Below, one piece after another: positions 6,283 to 16,207 of a DNA stretch of 32,849 nt. A program made the translations under genes and the position numbers. Source of the DNA: Candidatus Thorarchaeota archaeon (GTDB taxonomy: Archaea; Asgardarchaeota; Thorarchaeia; Thorarchaeales; Thorarchaeaceae); the NCBI GenBank assembly GCA_004524445.1, contig SDNP01000032.1:1-32849 (forward strand), given 5' to 3'. Position 1 is the first letter of the stretch, and every line of letters starts with the position of its first letter. The notes under the pieces were generated by a model that saw only the letters and a list, made by a program, of their open reading frames with translations, did not search any database and was not told the origin of the DNA.

Positions 6283-8148
6283 CTAATTTACTGGAAGATT
6301 TAGGCGTTTCAGGGTTTCCTTCGTTGGTAGTCCTGTTTCTGGGTCCCATCCTCGAATCTCATAATATTCATCAAGCATTTCGTTCAATTCCACAACCTCT
6401 CCCTTAGAGGGCCCCTTCGGTGCAGGCACGTCCGTGAGTCGCTTGGGAAGCTGATCATCTTTTCGAGTCACACCTCGTCTAGCGTTGAAGAGTCGATTGA
6501 GGTTGACTATTCTCTCTCCGATTTCTCTCAATTCTTTAGCAGTGAACTCAAGTCCGTTGTGTATCCTTAGAGCAACTACAACATCATCATAGTAGAACTC
6601 GGGTGGTATCTGAGTTCCATATTTGCATAACCCAACGCTCTCAACTACAACCATGTAGTTCTCTGACTCGGCAACCATGATTCCCTTGTATTTCGGATTC
6701 AGGCGCTGTGCCATCTCTGGAAGATACTCCTCTCCGAAACGCTCCTTTATTTCTTCATCAAATCCGACTTCATCTAAGACTGGGAAGGCGTAGAGATGGT
6801 CCGCACCTCTCGCCGCAGTGACTGCAGCTAGCCCCATTGATTTCTGGGCTCTCGGTTCTTGTCCGGCTATCTCTTGCTTCTTGACAGTCATCACAAATTC
6901 TTCAGAACCTCGGCCAATCTTTTCCGCTGCTCGTTGACTCCCCTCAGCAAGAACATCACCAAATCCCTCACGATGAGCAATCATTTTGGTTAGTTTTACA
7001 ATCGCTTCATGATTTCCCCAACCGAGGTCAATCCCACCAGTATCCTCTTCTGTGATGAGTCCCTCGTCCCAGGCCTCCATTGCCCAGGATATGGTTGCGC
7101 CAAGGGAGATTGTATCCATCCCGTATTGGTTTGCCAAATGATGACTATATAGAATTGATTCTAGGTTCTCGTTTCCACAACGAGATCCGAGTGCGGATTG
7201 GGACTCGAATTCCGGTGAACCTCCCTCATAGCAATAGGGTCCCTTAGACACTCTTGTGTATCGACCACAGCGCTGCAGACACGCCCAGTCGGACCTTGGC
7301 TTAACAAGATAATCTTCAGTGATGGCTTCTCCACCAATCTTATCAGAACCCTCGAAGACACCTTGCCTCATATTGTATGAGGGCAGACGCCCGATGCTTT
7401 GCATCAATTCTATCAAGCTAGTTGTGCCATATTTTGCCCTGTCGGGCGTGAAGGGATTATCAAGCATTCGCCGGTGAAACTCGTCCATCCGTTTTAGATA
7501 CACATCTGGTTCTGCAACCTCAATCTTGCCAGTCCCACGAATACAGATTGCTTTGAGCTTCTTTGCTCCCATAACTGCTCCAAGACCCGAGCGCGCAGAG
7601 GCTCTGTCTCGGTCATTCATAATGGCTGCAAAACGAACCAGGTTTTCCCCCGCCTGTCCAATGGCTAGTGTTCGACACCGTATGCCATGACGTTCTCTCA
7701 AAATATCATCTGTTTCGAAGACATCCTTCCCCCACAAATCACTGGCATCAAGAATCTCCACTTTCTCGTTTCTGATATTAAGATAAACCGGTTTTTCTGA
7801 AGCACCGGTAAAGAAGATCGCATCATAACCTGCAAGCTTTAGTTCTGGGCCCCAAAAACCAGCAGCGTGACTCTCGCCCCATATATCCGTTAGTGGTGAG
7901 AGTGCTGCAATGACGTGTCTCGATGCTTGCGGAAACATTGAGCCAGTTAGGAGGCCCGTTGCCATTCCCAGCACATTCTCAGGTGACAATGGATCTGTAT
8001 CCGCGTCTGTTTGGTCATAGATGACCTTGGATAGAAGGCCCGCACCAAGGAGGTACTTCTGAATTAGTTCTTCATCAAGAGGTCTCTTCTCTATCTCCTT
8101 TGTCGTAAGGTCAATCCAGAGAATCTTCCCACCCACGCCCTTAATCAT
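6283..8148 (-). CDS. Tungsten-containing aldehyde:ferredoxin oxidoreductase family protein (AOR-1); probable start 8148 (MIKGVGGK)
   Basis: SPLTDIWGESHAAGFWGPELKLAGYD, SARSGLGAVMGAKKLKA, YGT, PEFES, GMDTISLG, RGADH and DEYYEIRGWD. A GGAGGTG SD-like sequence lies upstream of 8148. Confidence 0.93.
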   Translation of the reverse strand: MIKGVGGKILWIDLTTKEIEKRPLDEELIQKYLLGAGLLSKVIYDQTDADTDPLSPENVLGMATGLLTGSMFPQASRHVIAALSPLTDIWGESHAAGFWGPELKLAGYDAIFFTGASEKPVYLNIRNEKVEILDASDLWGKDVFETDDILRERHGIRCRTLAIGQAGENLVRFAAIMNDRDRASARSGLGAVMGAKKLKAICIRGTGKIEVAEPDVYLKRMDEFHRRMLDNPFTPDRAKYGTTSLIELMQSIGRLPSYNMRQGVFEGSDKIGGEAITEDYLVKPRSDWACLQRCGRYTRVSKGPYCYEGGSPEFESQSALGSRCGNENLESILYSHHLANQYGMDTISLGATISWAMEAWDEGLITEEDTGGIDLGWGNHEAIVKLTKMIAHREGFGDVLAEGSQRAAEKIGRGSEEFVMTVKKQEIAGQEPRAQKSMGLAAVTAARGADHLYAFPVLDEVGFDEEIKERFGEEYLPEMAQRLNPKYKGIMVAESENYMVVVESVGLCKYGTQIPPEFYYDDVVVALRIHNGLEFTAKELREIGERIVNLNRLFNARRGVTRKDDQLPKRLTDVPAPKGPSKGEVVELNEMLDEYYEIRGWDPETGLPTKETLKRLNLPVN

Positions 8149-8149
8149 T

Positions 8150-8635
8150 CTATTCAGCACCTCCGTAGAGCGCGTCTTCGTGTTTCTCATATAGGCTTTT
8201 CAGACGACCATCCTTGTCTTTTCTCTCGAGACCCTCATCAGTGGTCATCCATATTGCAAACACAGGACATCTCTTGATGCATTGCCCGCATTGGATACAT
8301 TTGATGGCTTTACCCGTATCGGGATTGATCTTTATTGCATCGTATGGACATGCCTTTATGCAATCACCATGACCTTTGCATTTATTCTTGTCAATGATGA
8401 CAATTCCCTTTGAGTTTCTCCTGATGGCCTCCACTGGACATGCCTCAATACAGGGCGCATCTTCGCAGTTACGGCAGAATAGGGGGAAATCGAGTCCGTT
8501 TTCCAAGCGGACAACTCTATTCCTTGCCTGCTCTGGACTGATGACTTTGTGAAAATGCATGCTACACGTCATCGAACAAATCATGCATCCTGTACAAACT
8601 TCGGGGTCTCCAAATACGTATCTTCTCGTAGACAT
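8150..8635 (-). CDS. 4Fe-4S dicluster (CooF/DmsB-like) electron-transfer subunit of AOR-1
   Basis: CTGCMICSMTC, CRNCEDAPCIEACP, CKGHGDCIKACP, KCIQCGQCIKRCP. Confidence 0.9.
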   Translation of the reverse strand: MSTRRYVFGDPEVCTGCMICSMTCSMHFHKVISPEQARNRVVRLENGLDFPLFCRNCEDAPCIEACPVEAIRRNSKGIVIIDKNKCKGHGDCIKACPYDAIKINPDTGKAIKCIQCGQCIKRCPVFAIWMTTDEGLERKDKDGRLKSLYEKHEDALYGGAE

Positions 8636-8647
8636 TCTGTCATACCT

Positions 8648-10006
8648 CTATAGGTGGATTGCGTCGCCCATCTTTTGGAACTGGCCATGTCCTGGCTTGA
8701 TGGTTGTTCTGTCGTCTTCAAATACTTTGACACCTCGCACAAATGTCATAATGGGCGCCCCGGTCATCTCCATCCCTTCATAGAGGGTCCAGCCACATTT
8801 TGAAAACATCATATCTGCAGAGATTTTTTCCTTCTTGGTTAGGTCTACCAAGACCATATCTGCATCGGACCCAACTGCAAGTACGCCTTTTTTTGGATAT
8901 AAACCGAAGAGCTTGGCTGGTTTGCTTGAAGTTACTTCAAGCAGGCGATGAAATGTCAAGCGATTCTTGTTGATTCCTTCAGACAGCAACACTCTGATTA
9001 TCATCTGAACACCATCGACCCCCGCCCACGCGTTTCGAATATCATGCTCTCCCTCTTCCTTCTTCTCTATTGGGGCGGGTGCATGATCACTGACAACAAT
9101 ATCGATTGTCCCTCGAAGTAAGGCTGACCATAGAGCAGCTCTATCTTGTTTGCTCCTCAGGGGCGGATTCATCTTGCTCTTCGTACCAAGGCGATTCATC
9201 TCATCTCGATGGAATTGCAAATGGTGTGGACAGACCTCCGTTGTTACAAGATCTCCATTTAGCTTCGCTCGTTCAACGGAAACTAATGCCCCTCTCGTGG
9301 TGATATGCGCGATATGGAGATGCCCTCCTGTCTTCTTCAATATTGCAATATTACGGTCAACCGCTATCTCCTCTGCAATCTCTGGTCGGGAGAGTGCATG
9401 ACTTATCGGAGCATCCCATTCTCCCTCCATCCTGCCAGAAAATTCGTCTAGTATATCTCTATCTTCAGAGTGAATTGCTAGGTGACCTCCATATTCAGAG
9501 GTCTCGCTTAGGGCTCTGACGATGGCACCAGTGCTTGCATAAAACGGCTCTGCAGTGAATGCCTTGAAGGCAGCAACTCCTGTATTGATAAGTTTGGGAA
9601 TCATTCCAACATTGTCAGAAGTGAGCATTCCACCATAGAGTGAAAAATCAACGATTGACATGTCTTGTCCCAGTCCCACCTTACATTCAACTGCCTCCAC
9701 AGTATCTACTTGAGATACCAGAGGCATATCGACAACTGTTGTCACCCCTCCAGCTGCAGCAGATCTGCTACCGGTGGTAAAATCCTCATGTTCCTCCATT
9801 TCCGGGTCATGAATATGAGCATGACCATCAATTAGGCCTGGTAGGAGGTATTTTTTCTCGGCATCAATAATTTCATCAGCCGGTGGCAAGTGCTCGTCAG
9901 AGGCGATAATCGCGATTCTTCCATTTGACACACCTACTCCGCCTCTTATTATTCCACTCTCAAGAACAAGTTTCGCATTTTTGATTACTAAGTCCAACTT
10001 TTTCAT
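8648..10006 (-). CDS. Cyclic amidohydrolase (allantoinase/dihydropyrimidinase/hydantoinase/dihydroorotase superfamily)
   Basis: PGLIDGHAH, AAAGGVTTVVDMP, the carbamylated-Lys region FKAF, HSED, HIAH, EVCPHHL, KMNPPLR, SDHAP and GSDAD. Confidence 0.88.
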   Translation of the reverse strand: MKKLDLVIKNAKLVLESGIIRGGVGVSNGRIAIIASDEHLPPADEIIDAEKKYLLPGLIDGHAHIHDPEMEEHEDFTTGSRSAAAGGVTTVVDMPLVSQVDTVEAVECKVGLGQDMSIVDFSLYGGMLTSDNVGMIPKLINTGVAAFKAFTAEPFYASTGAIVRALSETSEYGGHLAIHSEDRDILDEFSGRMEGEWDAPISHALSRPEIAEEIAVDRNIAILKKTGGHLHIAHITTRGALVSVERAKLNGDLVTTEVCPHHLQFHRDEMNRLGTKSKMNPPLRSKQDRAALWSALLRGTIDIVVSDHAPAPIEKKEEGEHDIRNAWAGVDGVQMIIRVLLSEGINKNRLTFHRLLEVTSSKPAKLFGLYPKKGVLAVGSDADMVLVDLTKKEKISADMMFSKCGWTLYEGMEMTGAPIMTFVRGVKVFEDDRTTIKPGHGQFQKMGDAIHL

Positions 10007-10009
10007 CTT

Positions 10010-10291
10010 TTATCCTCCTCCTACTGGTGGAAAGATTGCGATTGTATCCCCTAGCTCTAGCTCAGTATCACGGCCATCGAGAGTTTCTATCCTTTTTCCA
10101 TTCACCATAACAGAAAAGAATCGTTTAAGCTCTCCAGTATCAGGGTCAAAGACAGTCTTCTCAAATTCTGGGCCGAGCTTCTTCTTCAATTTCTCTAAGA
10201 GCTCTCCAACGTTTGCTGCTCTCATCTCTACAGACTTCTTTCCCGCCTTCTCTCTTACAGTTGCAAACAATTTGACTGTGACCTCTGGCAT
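10010..10291 (-). CDS. MoaD/ThiS/SAMP1-like ubiquitin-fold sulfur carrier; probable start 10291 (MPEV)
   Basis: VKLFATVRE...VMVNG...LELGDTIAIFPPVGGG with a C-terminal di-Gly. Confidence 0.9.
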   Translation of the reverse strand: MPEVTVKLFATVREKAGKKSVEMRAANVGELLEKLKKKLGPEFEKTVFDPDTGELKRFFSVMVNGKRIETLDGRDTELELGDTIAIFPPVGGG

Positions 10292-10471
10292 CAGATTGCC
10301 TCGCCTATCTTCCTTGGTGAGATGAGATATTAATAATTCCCAATGGACTTTCTTGTTTTTCTTGACTACATCCATCTTTTCTCACTGTAGATGAACTTCG
10401 TAGCAGTTATAGGTAATAGTGGGGATATATTTTCCTGAGTAGACATTCCCCTTGGTACTGAGGCCATCTAG

Positions 10472-11362
10472 ATGGAAATCATTGTCGTAGGACATCTGAG
10501 TAGAGATTTGATTATTACTCCGGATTATGAACGTGAAGCACTGGGTGGAGCCGCTGCCTATGCGATGGTCGCTCCCCACCTTGGTGCCCTCGGCGCAGGT
10601 ATAGTATCAAGAGTGGGAGAAGATTTCGAACAGACATATATCGACGACCTCCGCGAGGCAAATCTGGATCTCACAGGTCTCCGGGTTTCTGGAGAGAAAA
10701 CGACTCGGTTTGTCAACAAGTACGATAGGGACGGTAATCGTACACAATATGTCGAGGCAATAGCTCCTGAATTACGTGCCGCTGATTTATCTCCAGAGCA
10801 TCTTGAAGCCAATATATTTCATTTCAGCCCGATTATTGGGGAAGTACACCCCAGCTGTATTGAGGCGGCAAAGACCTATGGCGCACTGATTTCACTTGAT
10901 GTTCAAGGCTATGTGCGCGAGAATGATGAAGGAAAAGTAGTGCCCAAAGAATGGACGGATGCAGATCAAATAATACGGAATGTGGACATACTAAAGTGCG
11001 ACAAAGAAGAAATGAAGCTATTTGCTGATGACTATACTGAAGAGGACAGTGCTGAAAAGATACTGAGTTGGGGTCCCCATGCCATTATTGTTACTAAGAA
11101 CCAGGAGGGCTCAACCATCTATACCAGAAACATCCAGACTGATATCCCCTCTGTGGTGCCTGAGGACTATGTCGATTCGACTGGGTGCGGTGACACCTAT
11201 GCAATTGCCTTTCTCCTTGAATACATGAGAACCGGTGATGTCAAACGAGCCGGGCTTTTTGGGGCTACAACATCCTCATTTAATCTGGAACATGTTGGAC
11301 CATACTCTCTGCCATCACGGTCAGAGATCGAAGATAGGATGAAACAATATATGGAAGCCTGA
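10472..11362 (+). CDS. PfkB/ribokinase-family sugar or nucleoside kinase
   Basis: GHLSRD, LGGAAAY, VGEDF, SLDVQG and the PfkB signature 2 DSTGCGDTY. Confidence 0.88.
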   Translation: MEIIVVGHLSRDLIITPDYEREALGGAAAYAMVAPHLGALGAGIVSRVGEDFEQTYIDDLREANLDLTGLRVSGEKTTRFVNKYDRDGNRTQYVEAIAPELRAADLSPEHLEANIFHFSPIIGEVHPSCIEAAKTYGALISLDVQGYVRENDEGKVVPKEWTDADQIIRNVDILKCDKEEMKLFADDYTEEDSAEKILSWGPHAIIVTKNQEGSTIYTRNIQTDIPSVVPEDYVDSTGCGDTYAIAFLLEYMRTGDVKRAGLFGATTSSFNLEHVGPYSLPSRSEIEDRMKQYMEA

Positions 11363-11425
11363 ACACCTAATTGGAAACGCTTTTCTTACCAACGATATTC
11401 TCTGAAGGAGTGCTGAGGTGACCCC

Positions 11426-12610
11426 TTGCTCGAAGACCTTGATAACTTGATGGAAATTGAAGAGATTGACTCTCTAATGGTTTCTGGAAATGCATTCGAT
11501 AATCCGGATGTCTACTGGCTTACTGGTTTTCGTTCTCCTGATAACATTCTTTGCTTGCATAATCGTGGAGAGGAAACCATAGTTGCCACCGCATTCAAGA
11601 CCCTTGAGAGGCTGGAGAAAGAGAGTTTCATCGAAAAGACCTTTGATCTCACCGAGCTCTACCAGTCCTTTATGGAACGCGGAGAACGCGCAACAGATAA
11701 TCCTGAGAAAGTGATGGATGCAGTTCTCAAGGAGAATTTTGATGGAGAAGTGATTGGAGTACCCAGGCGGTTTCCATCAGATTTGTTAATTGCTATCCAA
11801 AACTTAGGATGTGAAGTAAAGCCCGTTCCTGATTTGCTCCTGCAAGCCAGAGCAACCAAATCCGAAGAAGAAATCAAAATGATTGAGAAGGCGGGAGAGG
11901 CTACTATCTGCGCTCTCTCGAATGTTATTGAGCTGATCAAGAACACTGGAATCGGTGCTAATGACGTTTTGCTAAGCGATGGTGAGCCGCTAACTGTGCG
12001 TGATGTAAAACAAGCATTGAACCATAATCTACTTGATATGACTGCAGAGGCGGCTGAAGACTCGATTGTTGCGGTTGGTCAGATGGGCTATGACTGGCAT
12101 TACCTAGGTGCTCCCGACGATAAAATCAAGGCTAATGTTCCCATTATTATGGATGTCTTTCCTAGACTTAAAATTGAACGATACGTGGCTGACGTCACCC
12201 GAACCGTTGTGAAGGGGACTCCCAGCGATAAGGTTCGGGAGATGTTTTATGCTGTCATGGAGGCCGGAGATGCAGTATTGGATGAGATGACTGCAGGTGC
12301 CAACATTGATGACGTGAACATGGCATGCTATAACACCCTAAAGGAGCATGGCTTTGGTTCTTCAAGGCTCAATCCTGGCGCAAAGGAAGGAATGACGCAT
12401 AGTCTTGGCCATGGTATTGGACTAGAGGTCCATGAATATCCAAGCATGTATGTTCGTGATGGCGAATTCAAGGAAGGCCATGTTGTTGCCATAGAGCCAG
12501 GAGTCTATTTGATGAATGAAGGTGGAGTTCGCATCGAAAATGACTTTGTGGTGACCAAGGACAAACCTAAAAGAACTACCATGGGCCTAGAAGAGATACT
12601 ATACTTGTAG
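11426..12610 (+). CDS. M24B Xaa-Pro aminopeptidase/prolidase family protein
   Basis: Metal ligands intact: MDVFP, ADVTRT, HSLGHGIGLEVHE, IEPG, GGVRIEND. Confidence 0.9.
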   Translation: MLEDLDNLMEIEEIDSLMVSGNAFDNPDVYWLTGFRSPDNILCLHNRGEETIVATAFKTLERLEKESFIEKTFDLTELYQSFMERGERATDNPEKVMDAVLKENFDGEVIGVPRRFPSDLLIAIQNLGCEVKPVPDLLLQARATKSEEEIKMIEKAGEATICALSNVIELIKNTGIGANDVLLSDGEPLTVRDVKQALNHNLLDMTAEAAEDSIVAVGQMGYDWHYLGAPDDKIKANVPIIMDVFPRLKIERYVADVTRTVVKGTPSDKVREMFYAVMEAGDAVLDEMTAGANIDDVNMACYNTLKEHGFGSSRLNPGAKEGMTHSLGHGIGLEVHEYPSMYVRDGEFKEGHVVAIEPGVYLMNEGGVRIENDFVVTKDKPKRTTMGLEEILYL

Positions 12611-12615
12611 AGCGG

Positions 12616-13710
12616 CTAACCCACACTCAATGCGTAGAATGGACAGACAGAGATGCACATTCCGCATCTCTGGCATCTATCTTCATCAATCCCAAAGAAG
12701 TCTTTTTTCTTGTTCACAGTGATTGCATTATATACACATGATTTTTCACAGAGTCCACATAGAGTGCACTTCTCAAGATTGACTTGGGGCTTGCCTCTCA
12801 GAGAATGCTTTTCTTTCAGATGAGGAAGTGCCAGTCCAGTCAACTGACTGACAGACTCGTACTGATGTTCTTTGAGCCAATCTGACATCTCACCTGCAAT
12901 TCTACCATAGACTGTCTGTCCCTCTAGGATAGCAGCTGTGCATACTTGAACAGCAGATGCGCCCGCCATCATGAACTCGATGGAATCTTCTCCAGACGAA
13001 ACTCCACCAACGGCAATAACCGGAATATCAACAGCACTGGCAATATCTGCAACACATCGCATTGCAATGGGTTTGAGAGCGGCACCACTTAGCCATCCCT
13101 CTCCCCCATCGCTGCCTAAGAATGGTTTCCCGGTTTCTATATCAATGCGTAGGCAAGGACCGTATGTGTTGATTGCCACAATCCCGTCAACATGCTTCTC
13201 GATTTCCTTTGCAACTGCAACCACATCGACCTTCGGGCTAAGCTTGGCAAAGATTGGGATATCTACGGCATCTTTCAGGGCCTTGGCAATCTCGACATGT
13301 CCTCCAACATAATGAGTACTAAATTCGATGGCTTGCACACCTGCATCCTCAATCTTAGGGGCAATCTCAGCAACTTCTTCAGGTGTGTAACCGACGCTAG
13401 CTATCACAGGAAGTCCAGAACTCAAAGCTATAGGATACTCCCTTTCTAGCCACTGCGATAACGGAATTTCACTCCACAGTTCTGCATTAAGCAATCCGCG
13501 TCGTGATTTCACTCTTCCCCGTCCGAGCGCAGTGATATTGGGATTTGGCACTTCTGCTGGCTTGATACTGACAGTCTTTGCGACTAATCCTCCTGCACCC
13601 CCTGTGGCAGCATTAAGCAGGGTCATGCCATCTCGTGCAGCTGGTCCTGCGGCTGTAAGGACTGGGTTTCTTAGTTTCAGGCCTGCTAAGTTGACTTTGA
13701 GGTCTGGCAT
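12616..13710 (-). CDS. DHODH/dihydropyrimidine dehydrogenase (PreA)-like FMN protein with C-terminal 2x[4Fe-4S] domain; non-canonical active-site loop
   Basis: LKLRNPVLTAAGP, VAKT, IPIFAKLSP, INT, GWLSGAALKP, AVGGV and AGASAVQVCTA. C-terminal CTLCGLCEKSC and CQRCGMCISVCP. Confidence 0.87.
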   Translation of the reverse strand: MPDLKVNLAGLKLRNPVLTAAGPAARDGMTLLNAATGGAGGLVAKTVSIKPAEVPNPNITALGRGRVKSRRGLLNAELWSEIPLSQWLEREYPIALSSGLPVIASVGYTPEEVAEIAPKIEDAGVQAIEFSTHYVGGHVEIAKALKDAVDIPIFAKLSPKVDVVAVAKEIEKHVDGIVAINTYGPCLRIDIETGKPFLGSDGGEGWLSGAALKPIAMRCVADIASAVDIPVIAVGGVSSGEDSIEFMMAGASAVQVCTAAILEGQTVYGRIAGEMSDWLKEHQYESVSQLTGLALPHLKEKHSLRGKPQVNLEKCTLCGLCEKSCVYNAITVNKKKDFFGIDEDRCQRCGMCISVCPFYALSVG

Positions 13711-13758
13711 ATCTGTTCTTCTTCATGTTTCAGCATATGAATCCTGCCCACAATCAGA

Positions 13759-15696
13759 CTATTGCTGGCCAGCGAGCATCTTTCTCTTTTTGAGGTCCTG
13801 AGCGACATAGTCCAACTGGAGTTTATCCAACTTAGACTCCAAGGGGAAACCGGTTTCACGATCACACCCACGGTACTTGTAGTACTCATCAAGCATCTCA
13901 TCCAAATCAGGAAGTCCACCTTTAGCGGGGCCTGTTGGCATTGGTTCTTTCAACAGACGACGGGGCAGGGTCTCCTGTTGTCGGGTTATTCCTAAGCGAT
14001 GATTGTACGCTCGTCGAAGATGACTGATTCGCGCTCCTGAACTCTTCACAAACGCTAGGTCTGCCCAGTCATCCATGCCTGTGAGTGGTGGGATGATATT
14101 CGCGAACGTTTCATAGTAGTATACGGGTGGCCACATGACGCCATACTTACAGATGACAGCAGAGTCAGTGATTGCATAGAGGTCCTCCATGTCTTTGATT
14201 AGTTCGCCCTTGTACTTGGGACTCATTATCTTCAAAATATCATCTGCCTTTTCTTCGCCAAACCGATGTATCGCAATCTCGGGGTATCCCAGTTCTTCAA
14301 GGCTGGAGAGGCTGCGAAGGTGGTCAGCACCTCTAACATTAGTGGCGTATGTTAATCCGACTGACTGATGTGCTCGCGGGTCTTGACCAGATGCCTCAAG
14401 CCCCTTCGAATGGACAGCGTATTTCCATGCATCTCCACCTATGATTTCCGCCGCTTGTCGAGTTCCTTTTGCCAAAATCTCGCCGAAGCCTTCCTTCTTT
14501 GCAATCATCTCGACGAGTTCTACCATTGAGTCGATATTTCCCCAACTCAGATCCAAGCCATTCGTGTCTTCCTTGTCGATGATTCCCTTCTCATAGAGCT
14601 CCATAGCAAAGCCAATGGTCTTCCCGCAAGATATGGTGTCCATCCCAAGCAAATCACATCGCTTACCTAGATGGAAGACTGATTCAATATCATCATTCAA
14701 GCAGTTGCTGCCGAATGCCATAATCGTTTCGTACTCGGGCCCGCCCACCGGGGTTGTCTTGAACTCACCCTCATTCACCCTGATGATATATTTGCAGCCA
14801 ACGACACAACCGTGGCAGGCCTCTTGAGCAATGCGATATTCATTTGCAATAATCTCAGGACCAATTTTATCTGCATCTTCAAAATATCCCGTCCAATGAT
14901 TCTTGGTGGGTAATCGCCCAATCTCATTTATTATCGAAACCAAATCGGTAGTGCCGTATTTTCTTAATGATTCAAGAGAGCTGGCCCAGAGCGGGTCTCT
15001 GACTCTCGCCATTTCTTCTTCATTGGCCTTCAAATATGCATCCATATCATGGGCATCGATTCCCATTGATCCGCTGACAGCAATTCCTTTGACATTCTTA
15101 GAGCCTAACACCGTTCCAAGACCCGCTCGACCCGCTGCCCTGTAGTAGTCAACAATTATGGCACCATACAGGACACCATTTTCTGCTGCAGGCCCTATCA
15201 CTGCTGTTTCTATGGATGGGTCTTTGTGTTTCTCTCTAATCATGTCAGTAGTAACATTCGTTTCTCTTCCCCAAAGGTCTGAAGCATCGAGAAGTTCTGC
15301 CTTGCCATCCTGAATGAATAGATAGACCGGTTTCTCGGAACGCCCGTTGAATATAACAAAATCAAAGCCTGCATATTTGAGCTCGGGTCCAAAGAATCCA
15401 CCAGAATGGCTCTCCGCCCATACTCCGGTAAGGGGTCCCTTTGATGCGAACATGAATCTCCCGGATGGGGAGAACATCGATCCTGTCAGAGGTCCTGTTC
15501 CAACGACCAATAGGTTATCGGGGGAGAGTGGGTCTGTTGACGGCCCAGTGCGGTCCCAGAGGATTTTTGCTGCTACTCCTGTTCCGCCCAGATAGAGTCT
15601 TGCCCATTCTTTTTTCATCTCCTTCTTGTGTATCTTGCCTTTCTCCAAGTCGATATCTAAGTATTCTCCTGCATAGCCCTTGTAAGGAAATGTCAC
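13759..15696 (-). CDS. Tungsten-containing aldehyde:ferredoxin oxidoreductase family protein (AOR-2)
   Basis: GPLTGVWAESHSGGFFGPELKYAGFD, AAGRAGLGTVLGSKNVKG, ACHGCVVGC, GGPEYET, GMDTISCG, RGADH, ICKY. Confidence 0.93.
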   Translation of the reverse strand: MTFPYKGYAGEYLDIDLEKGKIHKKEMKKEWARLYLGGTGVAAKILWDRTGPSTDPLSPDNLLVVGTGPLTGSMFSPSGRFMFASKGPLTGVWAESHSGGFFGPELKYAGFDFVIFNGRSEKPVYLFIQDGKAELLDASDLWGRETNVTTDMIREKHKDPSIETAVIGPAAENGVLYGAIIVDYYRAAGRAGLGTVLGSKNVKGIAVSGSMGIDAHDMDAYLKANEEEMARVRDPLWASSLESLRKYGTTDLVSIINEIGRLPTKNHWTGYFEDADKIGPEIIANEYRIAQEACHGCVVGCKYIIRVNEGEFKTTPVGGPEYETIMAFGSNCLNDDIESVFHLGKRCDLLGMDTISCGKTIGFAMELYEKGIIDKEDTNGLDLSWGNIDSMVELVEMIAKKEGFGEILAKGTRQAAEIIGGDAWKYAVHSKGLEASGQDPRAHQSVGLTYATNVRGADHLRSLSSLEELGYPEIAIHRFGEEKADDILKIMSPKYKGELIKDMEDLYAITDSAVICKYGVMWPPVYYYETFANIIPPLTGMDDWADLAFVKSSGARISHLRRAYNHRLGITRQQETLPRRLLKEPMPTGPAKGGLPDLDEMLDEYYKYRGCDRETGFPLESKLDKLQLDYVAQDLKKRKMLAGQQ

Positions 15697-15697
15697 T

Positions 15698-16207
15698 TCA
15701 AATCTCCTCCTGCACAGTCTGCATCTTTGCTACCGGTTCTATCCCTCTCTTTCGGTTCAAGAGCCCGCCTTCAGAGAATTCAACATATTCAATTGCACCA
15801 TATTCACATGCCTTCATGCATGCTGGATTCCCCTCACAGAGGTCACATTTTGCCGCCTTCTTTGTCACAGGATCTATTGAAATTCCTCCATAGATACAAG
15901 CAGTTACACAGCTTCCACAGCCTATGCATATTTCCGGTACCACATAGAGGGTGCCATTGGAATTTGGTCTAATCGCCCCAGTTGGACATGCTTCCTGACA
16001 GAGGGGTTCCTCACACTGAAGGCATACCATTGGTAAAATGATACCCTTATTCTCATTCTTGATAACTTTGATTCTCGACCTGCTTGGGTTGAATAGTCGA
16101 TAATGTTCAACAGAACATGCCAGCTCACAATTTCTGCAGCCTGTGCATTTCTTTACATCGACTGTCAGGATATGTTTCATTTTCTTCCATCCCTCTGCTA
16201 CTGTCAT
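15698..16207 (-). CDS. 4Fe-4S dicluster electron-transfer subunit of AOR-2 (start 16207 or 16180)
   Basis: CTGCRNCELAC, CLQCEEPLCQEACP, CIGCGSCVTAC, KCDLC...PACMKAC. Confidence 0.9.
   Translation of the reverse strand: MTVAEGWKKMKHILTVDVKKCTGCRNCELACSVEHYRLFNPSRSRIKVIKNENKGIILPMVCLQCEEPLCQEACPTGAIRPNSNGTLYVVPEICIGCGSCVTACIYGGISIDPVTKKAAKCDLCEGNPACMKACEYGAIEYVEFSEGGLLNRKRGIEPVAKMQTVQEEI

Noticed and set aside
8648-13710. Calling the amidohydrolase pyrC and the FMN protein pyrD (pyrimidine biosynthesis)
   Set aside because: The amidohydrolase has HAHIHD rather than the DHOase HxHxR, the flavoprotein lacks the catalytic Cys loop, and no pyrB/E/F/K genes are nearby.
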